From Phoronis australis (Eukaryota > Animalia > Phoronida), in contig NMRA01000062.1 in NCBI GenBank assembly GCA_002633005.1, forward strand, positions 977,981-1,041,980: DNA of 64,000 nucleotides, written 5' to 3'. Position numbers and translations under genes: made by a program. The notes under the pieces were generated by a model. It was not told where the DNA came from, did no database searches, and saw only the letters and a list, made by a program, of their open reading frames with translations. This document shows, piece after piece, positions 12,801-26,157 of the stretch (position 1 is its first letter; every line of letters starts with the position of its first letter).

Positions 12801-15800
12801 GTTGTAATAGTGTGGTGTTGATATTATGTGACAGAAATCGTTGTGAATCCCGATATTACTGAGCTTGTCAAAATCTTAATGTTTGGCGCAACATTTTGCT
12901 TGAAATAATATCGAGTTTGTAATAAAATGCTCTCCGTTACTCGACAGTGACAATATTTTGAATTGTGAGAAGTTCTTAGCTCTACCGGTGGTAGTTCGCC
13001 GATGCCGTTTTATGTTTGTCTGGTTCACTAGATGTGTGACGGTTTAGACGGAAAAGCTTTTTGGCATTACAAATCACCTGTGTCGTAAGACTGTACAATA
13101 CGCTGTGCTAATGTCTGTTACCCCTTTTAGAGTTAGCTCATCATTTCTCAGTCATTCTTATTTCACTACGAATGTTTTTCATTTGTCAGGAGACGACTGC
13201 AGTAAAGATATAGACGGGTGTGCTGACTCACCATGTGAATCGTCAGGAACCAATTGCACAGACATGACTCCTGCTCAGGAACAAGCACTTAATATATCCT
13301 TCGAGTGTGGACCTTGTCCTGCTGGCTTTGAAAAATTCGAGGGCGATTGCTTGGGTATGAACTGATACCGATGGGATACGTCAAGTTAGCGCATGAATTA
13401 CTTAAGTTGTGCGTTTTTTGGGCTTTGAGATGCAGTTTTGTCAACATCCTGATTGTATTCTGTATTTAAATTACTTCCTCATCATAAGGTGGCGCTGATG
13501 AAGAAAAGACATTCTTTTTAATATCGCTTCATCATCATGTTGGCGTTTGCGGTCCAATACCCACACCTGAATATGATGGCAGCTATCCAAAGAGGCAAGA
13601 ATGTCTCGCCAAAGCAAGGCCTCACAAAATCATTCACGGAATTGAAAGAGGGGTGAATCTTTCGAATGTCTGGATACTTACAAAATTGTGGCCATGAAAA
13701 TGATTCCGTCGGTGAGGTTGGCATACTGAATTAGGTTTTGTTGCACGTTTGTGTTCGTAACCACATACTGGTCACCGCATATGTATCATAACATGCTATG
13801 AATGCTTAGAAAACATGCATTTCTATAGACACAACCCTTGTTACATTAGGTCTGTCATGTAAATGTTGACTTCCTGTTGTACCCTCACGCCTGAATGCCT
13901 TTGCATGTGCATTTTAAATTTTCATAACATCCATTTTAACCCTCTTTCATATTGTCATTGTAGACTTGAACGAGTGTAAAAATGACTCCTTGAACCTGTG
14001 TCAACAGACATGTTTGAACAAAGATGATGGAGAAGGATACGAATGTGCTTGTAGGAGTGGTTACACTCTGGATGGATTGTACAATTGCACAGGTGGGCAC
14101 TAAGTGTGTAACAACTGTTTGTTGACTGTCCTAAGCAGGATTGACACAGTTTGACATAAGTTTCTTGCTTCGTATTCGCATTTTGTCTTTTACAAATTAG
14201 CAAATCGCAATGGGGTCGCTTAAGTTTTTCCACTACAGCTGTCTAAACACATGCACCTCTGGCAAAACATGAAAAACATTACACGGGTTATTCATAAGCC
14301 AACAAATTAAAATAAAGCTTGAAATCCTTTTGAAAATGGACTACTTTCGTTGGACAATATCATTTTTGTGTTTCAACGGATTTTGAACATTTCTGGTTTA
14401 CCGTTTATCTGATGTCGGCAGAAGTAGACATTTTTTGTCGGTGTTGTTCATCAGGAATTTTAGCGTCTTGGTGTTTAAACAGGAATTTTCAGCGTTAATT
14501 TGTATTTATTGTCTTAAAAGAACCCCCGTGTTTGCTATGAAATAAAAATATTGAGGTGGGGACGAAGGACTATTATATCTTAAGCAGCACTAAGGGATTG
14601 TGGAATAGGTTTTGTCTGTATGAGATATTTTCTGGAATTATTTCAAAGAAGTCACATAATGTCTACACTAATTTTGTATTCATGTCTATTATTCTATGTT
14701 TATGGTGATGTGGTGATGAAATTTGATGTCACACGTAATTCTTTGATGCTTTATCAACAAAAACTCACCACAAAGTCAGCATTTTGTACATTGCGTAATA
14801 TCTCGCTTGAAATGATGTTCGTAAATCATTCGATGTCGTGAAACACCGTCTCTTTCGCGGTTTTGTGCCAAACTTCTCCAAATCGTCTGCACCTGAAAAT
14901 TAAGGGTGTTGTCATTGGTACGATTAAGCATCTAACTTACTAACATCTGGACAAAAGCGTTAGGTGGCAAATTATTTTTACGTAGGTCTGGCTTGATGGA
15001 ACTTATCAAGCTATAATACAAAACAGACATGTGCAAGATGGCACCTACAATCCACATGAAATAGCCAAGGCCCAAACTTCCAGATAAGATTTATTGAGTA
15101 GAAAACATGTTGTACGTCCACGCGTGAAATAAAAACAAGAAAGCTGCACGTTCTTGTGCTTCGAAGTGGTTGCCAAAGCCGTAAAAATTGACTCATTTTG
15201 TCTTTCAAGCTATGTTCTCATTATTAGAAGGGGCAATGTGAAGATTTTATCTGTACAATACTTCTTAACCCTTACTGACTACAACCTAAACCTAGCCTGG
15301 ATCAAATCAGTTAGCGTTTTCTGAGTTTTCTATTTGCAAGTTTTGTAAGCGTCCTTCTCTTTCACTCATCCAGACATTGATGAATGTCAGCGAGGCGACA
15401 TCTGTGGTCAACTTTGTGTGAACACCGAAAGCGCTTACCGTTGCGAATGTTATCCGGGGTACGAGCTCTCCAACGACAATAAAACGTGCTTATTACAAAA
15501 TGGTAAGGATTTGTTTCTTTGTGTTTGTATTGTGTGTTTATTACAAAAATACTATTTAAGACAGAAGCAACGCAAAAGCGAAGTCAACGTGCTTGTGTAA
15601 AGTCAGCTGGTTAACACAATTTGTGACATTTTGTTGAGGTTGAATGTTCCACAGGAATTGAACATCATTCCGGAACTGTACTCTTTGTGTAGTAATAAGA
15701 CATGCAACCGTTATTAGTACAAAACTGGTGTGCATACTCAAGAGGTGCGGGTTTAAAATCAGCACACATTGTCAATAACGACATATTGATCGACGTTTCG

Positions 15801-18800
15801 GTTTATTGTCTATAAACCATTCTCAAGACAATAGACATCATTCGCAGACTGTACAGGTACACGTCAAAATGTATGGTTAGTTTGAGACTGCCAAATTAGA
15901 ACACCGTCCATCGGGGTTTGCACTCAAGTCAGCCGGTTTTGAAATCCGTGGTTTTTAATTCCAGCCAGTTGTTGATTCCCTCTTTGATGCTTCGTATGGT
16001 ACTTGGCTCTTCTATTGCACCTTTTGCCTATATACGTGTATGCACCTCATTTCAGTGACACTCTACTGGCGTGATGGTTGATTGGTACACTATCCAGTCT
16101 GTACACCTTTACTATAGAAGCGGAAAACAAAAACGACGCTGGCGTCCAGCACAAAAACGACGTCTTCATTAATATCGAAGCCTCGTTTTCATGTTCCACT
16201 CTATCGTCGCTTTTGCTTTCCACTTATTAGTTCTCCTAAGTGCAGTTTTCAATACTTTTGGAAATAGATTTAGACTTCACTCAAGTAAGCATCCCCAATT
16301 TCCCCCATCCGCTTCGCAGCTGGTTGATGGTTGAGAGTGACACCCGTATGGTGTTCATGATTGCACTTTTCCAATAGACGTCAGCGTGATGTGGAGCAAA
16401 CGATGGGAGTTCCTAGTTTTCAGCTGAACGTTAATGAAATGCTAAGGGTGTGTAGCTTGCCAGAATGATCTTGGTTAAATTTTCAACATCTGCACTATTG
16501 AGAGATTGGTAGCATGGGCGCACCCAGAGGCAGGGGGGGGGGGGNGGGCTCGGGGGACTCGAATGAGCCCCCCATTTGGCAAAGAGGGCAAAAAGGAAGG
16601 TCCGCCCCTTAGAGACAAAATGTCCGAGGAAATGGAACAAATGTCCAGTAAATAAGCGCAAACGCGCAATTCACAGTGGTGTCCCAGTATTTTTTTCTTT
16701 AGTCCGCCCGCTCTTTTGTTAGCAAAAGGTCCATAACGTTAGGAATTCGAGCCCCCCATTTTGAAAGGTGGGTGCGTGCATGGGTAGTGAGACGCATTTC
16801 AATTGCAGGGACCACTTTGTGCGCTGAGAATGGACGGAGATGTTCTCACTTCTGTATCACCAATGCAACTTCCGGAAATTACACTTGCGGATGCCCTGTT
16901 GGATATCAACTCAATGACTTAGAAAACTGCACAGGTAAGAGGCAGCTACTATGAGGAATTTTATCGATCAATTAAACTATATGGTTAACTTCACAAAATA
17001 TATGAACAAATTTTCATTACGAGCTGCATTACCGGTATGGATAGTTCTTTGTTGTTCAACATATGCAGTTCCTCCTAATGGTTGTCTGAACTTGGACATT
17101 TTTAAACACGGAAGTATTGGAAAGGTTGAACAATCCTGCTTTTATTGATAAGATTTGGATGTGGTTTTGCATTTCAGTACTCTGAATTGTGTATCTTGTT
17201 ACGGTGCTAAAAGGCTGTGTAATATTTTTGATGTAAAAATCTGATTTAAGAATTGGTTTGGATGGTCAGTATACTGTAATACACTTTTTCAAAAATGAGT
17301 TATTTTAGAGTTACTGCGTGTTAAGTCTTTGTTAAAGCGGCTACACCGTTTTGTCTTTGGTAATTGCCATGTGTGACTTAAATGTGTTTGTAATGTATCC
17401 GAGGCGCCGGCTTCGCAAGAATCCCGCTAGTGCATCGTCAGTGGTCACGTGCTCCGCTGGCATGGCGAAATCTCACTAAGTTTTGAGGTTCTCACGTCTA
17501 CGGCGGACACAATTGGTGTTTCTCGTTGCTACGCGTAGGTGCTCCTGGCCTGAATCATTCCTCGAATTCGATGAATGCCCATCATTGCAATCCTTGGATC
17601 TTGTATGATTTATTTACATGTATGTGCACAACATATCCATGTATTTCAGATATCAACGAATGTAACAATGCTGCGTCCTACTGTCAGCAACCTCACCACT
17701 GTGTAAACACAGAGGGTGGCTACAAGTGTGGCTGTGATGACGGCTACTCTTTGGCATCTGATGAGCGCTCATGCACTCGTGAGTATTGTTCATTTAGGTT
17801 ATAGTTCAAAAAGTGGAAAAAAGGCTAAGTATGCATTTTCGTCTAAAGCGGACCTCATCGAAAGTATTTTTTGTTTATTTTCGAATAGAACTTATCAGTT
17901 TAGTCTAAATTTCAACAAACTGTCGACTGGTGATGCGCCATTCCGACGGTTCTTTAGTTCGAAAGTTGCATAGTTCGAAAATCATAGAAACGCAGACGTA
18001 TCTATAGTCTAAAGTGTCTATAATCCAAAGGATCAAGATGTTGGTTCTTTGGAGACTTAGGGTTACAGAGCTATTGGGAAATAGAATTGTCAGATTACAG
18101 AAACCATTACTTTCTATGATTTTCTTACTATAAATAGTCTATTACACGTTCGGACTTTTGGAAATTGGGGTTATGGAAACGTCCTTGTGTTTTCTTATTG
18201 TTTGTTTAAATTGTTCCAATCATCGAACCTTCGGAGCAATGCACTGCAAAGGTGCCCCCGTTCTGTCATAACTTTGAGAAAATCGCGACTACTGGCTTGC
18301 AAGTCCAGTTTAAAAGTGAAGTTATTGACTACGCGCAATTGCTTCACTTTCAACAAACTGACATTTTATTGCTAAAAGGTTCAACTAAACTGACAAATAA
18401 TTTGGCAACTTTGCCATTAGGATTTAATTCTATAGCAGCCTATTTAGATTATTTTGAAAACGCGCAGTAGTCTTCAAAAAATGTTTGATCTTATAACAGT
18501 TATTTTGTTTCATGGTCTAGGCGGCCGATTAATGCGTTTCCGCACATCATTATTTCACCGTTTTCCGATGCATTCCATACCATGAACTAAAGTGAAAGAT
18601 GAACATTTCTCCTTCAAGACCGTTAATTAATTATCTTTTCAAGCTTGCGACAGTGTACACTGGGGCCCAAGCTGCAATAATACGTGCGACTGCGGTTCAC
18701 GTGCTCTCAGCTGTAATGCCAGTATAGGCTGCACGGACTGCCTAGCTGGTTGGACCGGTGTAGGCTGCTATGATGACGTGGACGAATGTCAGCAGTTACC

Positions 18801-21800
18801 CAGTGTTTGCCTCCTCAACAGAGAGCACTGTGTAAACTACAATGGCTCATACAGCTGCCTCTGTAATTCTGGCTTTGTTCGAAGTAACGCCACTTGGTGT
18901 GAAGGTAAAAGACATGTAACCTACAGGAAATTTTGAGACATTTGTGAATTTAAGCGGTGCGCGTGTTTTTGTCATAGCCCGTGTGGTAAATCAGGGCTAG
19001 ACTTCCACATGTGCAGTTATAGTCATTTTTAACCCCATATTCTGTGAAAGTTCCTGTTTGCGATGCGTAATGAGCTAATGTCTGTGTGTCTCGCGACCGC
19101 TGCTGTATCTCCCTGACCCGTTGCAGGATCTTTATTATATTCTGTATATGTCAGCAGTTACCCAGCGTTTGCCAACTCAACAGAGAGCACTGGGTAAACT
19201 ACAATGGCTCATACAGCTGTCGCTGTAACTCTGGCTTTGTTAGAAGTATTACGCCACTTGGTGTGAAGGTAAAATACATGCAACCTACCTCAAATTTTAA
19301 GAAATTCGTGAATTTAAGCAGTGCGCATGTTGTCATAGTAAACCAGGTCCAGGGCTAGACTTCCACAGGTGCAGTTATAGCCAATTACCCCAATAGCCTG
19401 TGAAAGATCTCCCCTGTTTGCACTGTGTATGAGCTCACGTATTGTATATGGGGAACTGATGAACCGATGCATCGAATTTTGAATAAAGTTATTGTAATGT
19501 CAACTTTAATTGTGAAAACCAATTTGAAAATTGTTATTTTGATTGCAATTATTCTAATGCGCCCACATGTACTAATATTTAGGTGCATATTGTTATCGTG
19601 TCTGTGTGAGTGACTCGCTACCGATGCTGTACCTCCTTGTCCCATTAGAGAATTTTAATTAGGTTTTGGAGATGTGTTTGATGAATCTGATGACAGGTTT
19701 CCTGGAGCTTACGCTATCCGACTACCGCTGTGCACCCTAGTGGCAATTTTAGTCTTTAATGTTTACCTCTGTATATTTGATGTTTCTTCATGGACTTTCA
19801 CAAGATAGGTGTCTGTTCAAGAGAAACAATATCTTTTCATTTCGGATGTAATTGTATTTTGCGCGGGGTATTGGCATTTTTATTATCTAGTCGTTGTAGG
19901 CGTCCGCCTCTCTATCCACCGCCAAACCACGTAAAAGATGATTATGAAACCTGTTGCAAGATGTTTTTGAATTGCAATTGTATACCCTTTAACATGACAG
20001 CAGATGGTTCCTTGTGGAGTTTTTACGTTTTCTTTTAAATCTTTGGAAAACTTTAACGGATTTTCATGGAATTTGGCCAATAGTTTTGAGGACATCTTCC
20101 TATTTTTGATGAGTTCAATGTATTCTGTGCCGTCTAATGGTCATTTTTATGATACATCCCCATAAGTACACCGTTTGCGGTGCAGTCGTGGTCTCATTTC
20201 AACTATCCGCGTTGCTTTTGTTATCACTTTCCAGTACGTTGGTGTCGTCAGCCTATATATCTACCATACCCCTCAAATAATATCTTCAAAATGTTTTCCA
20301 TTGACGAAAGCATGGCTGATGTTGATTTTCTGATGGTTCCGACAACTATGGCGTCCCTAAGTGGTGATTTTTGCATTCACAGTAGTATCTGCTGAATCCA
20401 TGGTCGGATCTATGGAAATATGACAAGTGAATACCCATGAACTTGGCAAGAGATGCCAACTTCTTTGGGTCGGACACAACTACTGCTATGTCTCAATGTG
20501 GCAATTCTCTTTTGATTTGTTCATGCAATACTTGCGGACTTCCTAATGTCCATTTTAACACCTATGAATGTTGCTCGATGTATACCTCTCATTATGTAAT
20601 CGTCGGTGGATTGTTTTGATTTTCAGTTGAAGACGAGACAAGTTATGTCTTAATCAGTGCTAAAATAGATCAGCTTAGGGCACATCATGGATTGATTTCA
20701 GTAGTGATGTACCGCCTTTTGGAGCTGTGGATTTAGATTGCACTCATTCAGTAGTTTTGGTTTTGATAACAAACGGAAACCTTCAGTCTACATTCTTTTG
20801 TATTGTTTCTGAAAACCGGTCTAGTTCAGACAATGTCTTGTATCTTCATCATCGAAAAAACGTTGTACTTTTTGTATCTGGGTGTACCTTCAGATCGTGA
20901 CGAGTGTGCATCTGGTGAAAACACGTGCGACCTGAACGCAGCTTGTAGTAACACGCTCGGTAGCTACAACTGCACGTGCCTTGACGGATACGAAGGAAAT
21001 GGCACTGTTTGCTCAGACATCAATGAATGTGAGTCTGTGTCGTCGTGTCACCCAAATGCCACTTGTATGAACGCGGACGGTAGCTACAAGTGTCAGTGCA
21101 TAACGGGGTTATCAGGCGACGGAGTTACTGACTGCTTTCCTGTTAACGTAAGTGAATCATCACGTTGCTTAGAAAACACAACCAAATCGATCATGGTATC
21201 GCTATCTATGTTTCCCCATTTCTGTTGTCATTGCCGTTTTATTGCAATTTACCTTACTTTTCTGCATGACATTGGCACAATTGTTGTTAGCATTGTGTAT
21301 TTACATACATGTATTTTCATGTCCAACGTTTCGATCAACTTCACTTCACCTACCTCAAGGATTATGTCCAACCACAACAAGCGTGGTCACGGCCAGCTTA
21401 TCTATTACCAAAGCTAACCCTTTGGCGGATAACTTTGACGTTTGCATGCGAGTGCTTTACAAGTGATATTTGGTTTAGTTGATCGCGTAATTTTTGAGCA
21501 TGCTTGTTGCTGGATATACCTTGAGGATAGTGAAGTGAAATTCATCGAAATATTGGGCATGGATATAATGTAAATTCATTAGACTTCTCTCATAAATATT
21601 TTAATGTTCGCAATGACGAGGACCACGTGACACGTTTGCCCAGTTGCGCAACTGAGTGTTGACACGCGCAGTAAACATTGTTAAAAAGAAGAATTAGAAT
21701 CCCATAAACTAACAAGTGTTTTCATGTGCTTTGTTTCAATTCAAGAACATCAGCTCAAGTAAAAAATATATGTCTATTTGCAGGAATGCGCATTCAAACT

Positions 21801-24800
21801 CGACAACTGCAGCTCAGATGCTTCGTGTACAGATCTGGCTATTCTATACTCGTGTAGTTGCAATACGGGTTTTAGTGGTGACGGCAAGACTTGTACAGAC
21901 ATTGACGAATGCGTACTAAACATATCCGCCTGCCACTCCAACGCAACTTGCCAGAACAACCGGGGCAGTTACTCGTGTGTTTGCAACAAAGGGTATCTTG
22001 GAGATGGTGTTAACTGCACTGATGTAAACGAGTGCACCCTAGGTACTGACAATTGTCATGATAACGCTACTTGTACAAATACCAATGGCGGGTTTTCGTG
22101 TACCTGCAACAGTGGTTACCATGGCGACGGTGTAACTTGTGATGATGTCAACGAATGCTCTTCGGGCACCGACAATTGCCATACAAACTCCACTTGTACA
22201 AATACCGAAGGGGGATTTACTTGCAAGTGTGGTGATGGCTTCCAAGGAAATGGTCTAAACTGCAGTGCCGTGTCTTCGACATTAATCCTATCACTCACCT
22301 CATCGCACCAATCGCCGACTACAGTTACCTCTTCCCAACAACCACTAATGAGTGTAGTCTCGTCTACTCAACAGGAATCAGAAAGCACCGCTGCATCATT
22401 TGGTCACCAGTCATCAAGTGCAGTTGCTTTTATTTCACAAAAAGCAACGGCGAGTGTAGCACCATCTTCGTCCCTGTTGTTACCAACTGTCATATTGCCG
22501 ACAACACATCTGCAAGTGTCCGCGTTGACATCGTCCTTTACATATCAACAACCATCAGCAAGTATTAAAGCATCTTCCACTATGGAGCCTACAGCATCTT
22601 CAATAACTAGTTCACCCGGTAATACCATTGTTTATTAAATTTACTCAAAAAACAGTGTACAGTAGATTTTGAACGAAAATATAATTCATATTTGGCGGTG
22701 AAAGTTCCTGATAACTTAAAAGCATAAGAATTTTTCGCTTGCAATGAGGCAACACATAGGAAAATTCGTTTGTTCGAAAAATGAAAGCTGCAAAATGACT
22801 GTTTTAAGCAGTGCGGGTCCACGGTTTCAAGAATATATTAGGAGTACTTTGTTTGTCACCACTGGACCGTTTGTTGTGTTCTGATAAACACTCCGCTGTG
22901 GGACCTTATGTATTAGAAAAATTTGCGGTACTCTAACTTAGACTAAAATTTGCCAGTTATGTAAGAAACCTTATCTTAAGTAAAAACTTGTCACTACTTA
23001 ATGCACCAGAGTGCAGTCACCCATGGTCGCATTGGTTTCAAACATTGATTTTATTCTTGTTTTGTCTCAGTTTTACTTGCATCGATATAAATATTATTAA
23101 AACAAAGTACTTTTTATTTTCAGAAACATCTTCGCACATCGAATTCATGATCAGGCTTAATCTGACCTTTCGGTCAAACTACGACAACCTATCTGATCCT
23201 ATAACAGTGACCTTCGTCAATAACTTGATTACCGCGGTAAGTTCTTGCCAAAAAAACATCGTCTAACTTCGATAAAATCAGATGCTAAACATTTATTAAT
23301 AGTTTTTTCGTAATCAGACAATCATTTTCTTTAAACTGTTGACGTTGAAATCTTGTTTCAGCTGGAACCAGTTTACAAGAGAAGTGTGTCAAATTTCCTG
23401 AGTCTGACTATACAACAGATACGGTATGTATGCTTACTTTTGTGCTACAACTCTTTTTAGTCTCGATGTAAATTCTTGGCTAATTCATATTTGGCTTCCA
23501 AATTTGCATTTAACAACTTACTTGATCAGCCTGTTTTTAGTTGTATTTGGGATACACTATTTTGTTAGGCTCCCCAAAAATGCAATTAATAAATTGTTAT
23601 CGTATTTACTTGCTATCGGTCTTAAAAGGGTCTTGCTGTTTTTACGAATAACATGTAGGGTGTTTTTTTGGTCAAAACATTAAAAATTACTGTGCAGCCT
23701 GGTCTCTCTCATGTTGTCTTTCAATTCCAATCTGATGTTGATAATGTTCTTTTTGTCAAATAGGGTTGTTCAAACAGCTTTTCAGCCAGTTTGGCTGGCT
23801 AAGAAACAAAAATTGAATTAGGTCTTTTACTCTCACTTAATTAAGCGTGTGACGTTCTTTACAATGGTGGGGTTCTATTTCCATTACCAGTGAGACCATT
23901 GCTGCAAAGTAAATATTCTAGGAAAACGATGCAGTGTTTGTTGAGGTTGGCCAACCCTAAGATTGCGAATTTAAAAATAGTTACCTCGACACAAGCCATT
24001 ACTTTTATAATGGAAATAAAATCTCACCATGGTAAGAAATATCAGAGTAAACGAACTGACTTGATTTTTCTTGTTTTATTAAGTTAAACACTGTGAAATC
24101 CAACCTTAAACATGTTCTAGTTACGTGTTCAGTTTGCTTGTCTCAAGAGTATACTTTCATGCATTAAAAAAAAGATCATGATAACCAACAGAACAACTGA
24201 CTACTCGCCCTGCAAGCGGCGCTACTATCAGCCATACAAAATACATGTATGAAGCCACAGTACATGAATTTCAACTGTGTCATTGCTTTACAGAAGCGGG
24301 TCTACCATTGTTGATCAACAGATCAATTTGGATGGTAATCTTACTGATGCTGAAAAGTTAAAAGCCAGTGAACAAGCAGTTGACGCAATCGCTGCAACAA
24401 ACGGGTCACTGACTGTGGGTAGCGAAGACGCAGAGATTCTAGACTTTCGGAATTCTTTCACAGAAGGTAAGTTTTATCCTGACAGCATCAGAATTCATTT
24501 GCTTTTAAATACCCATTGATGATTGCCACTGAATTTACCTGTTTCGAATGCAATTTTTAGAAGTGTATTATTTGAATTGACAGGCATCAACTGCAGCGAA
24601 CCTGTGGGTGAAGATCCGAATGCTGTTCGCACGGGATCCACATTCATATACGGTTACATGGTTGAATACGTTTGTCAATCGGGATACACCCCCCTGTCTG
24701 GTGATGCAAAGCTAACGTGTTTGTCCAACAAAACGTGGAGTGGTTTGCCCTTGCAGTGTCAAGGTATGTCACTTTTTACCTGGTGCAAATGGTTACAGCT

Positions 24801-24850
24801 ACCGTTTCTACTACTACTTCTAGTACTGCTGCTGCTACTGCTGTTTTTGG

Positions 24851-24881
<31 letters not shown>

Positions 24882-26072
24882 ACTACTATTTACAATGTAC
24901 ACTACTACTACAGAATCATTGTGCAGTGGTTTGGGGTGACTCTAGTTTACATTATTATGTTGGCATTCAGAATAGAGAAGTGCAATTTTTCTTGGGGGCT
25001 CACAAATTCGCTTCTAATCATTTTGTTCTGGGTGACATGGGATGGGAATTTCCCAGTGTTTGTCAAAAAATTGAGCATTTGAAAATGTGGAATCGTGTTT
25101 TTAATTCCTAAAACAAGTATTTCGAAAATTTTGTTGTGACTACACAACCTGTACTAACAATTGGTTCTATAAAGTATTGAACTTTTTGCAAGAATTAGGC
25201 ATTGCCGATTGTTTTCATAATTCACATCACGTTAATCGGTCCCACTGTAAGTATATTTTGCCTTATTTGACTTGTAATAAGTAAGGTGATTTAATACCGT
25301 TCGAAACTAACGTTCAGGACCTATATTTTCATGTTGGATGTTTTTGAAGTTAAACCTTATGTGCAGTTAGACCTAAGTCTGCCTAGTAGGTCAATTCTTG
25401 GTCAAATTCAAACACGGAACTGCACAGTTATTGGTTGAGTTTGTGTGTTTTCGTTCTCTGGAATTTGAGTATAGAATTTGCTACATTTGTAACACTGGCC
25501 AGAAGTATATTTTCTTAGATGCCAGAAACATATCTTAGTCCCAAGTTAAAATTAAAAATCCATGGTTTCGTGCAGAAATTTATGAAAGTAAATTACTTTG
25601 CAACAAGGAAAACTGTATTCTTCATTAAAATTCTTTTGGGGTTCGACAAACTTTTATCAATGTATGTATATCTATCCCTGCTTTCTTTTTGGTCATTGTG
25701 ATGTAATGCGTGTACACTTGTTTTTTGGTTTTATTTTTCAAGTATCTTATCTGACTTATCAGACTAGAGATGGGCTGGGTGTTCCCACTTTGTTAGTTTG
25801 TTACTTTCGCTTTATTCCATCTGTACTAACGCAGTCACTAAAATATAATTTCACTTACTTTACTCATTTACTACTACAACTAACTACTAACTACTGCTGC
25901 TACTACTACTACTACCACCACTACCACTATTGATGCTACTGACACTACTACCACTACCACTACCACTATCACTACCACTATCACTACCACTAATACCGCT
26001 ACTCCTGCTAGTGATACTACTACTACTACAACCACCACCACCACTATATTTGCTACTGACACTACTACTACT

Positions 26073-26104
<32 letters not shown>

Positions 26105-26105
26105 C

Positions 26106-26157
<52 letters not shown>

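Noticed and set aside
24764-24939. Poly-Leu transmembrane-like tail after Sushi exon 24 in the ORF track
   Set aside because: Read-through into an intronic (CTG)n microsatellite; not conserved in unit B.
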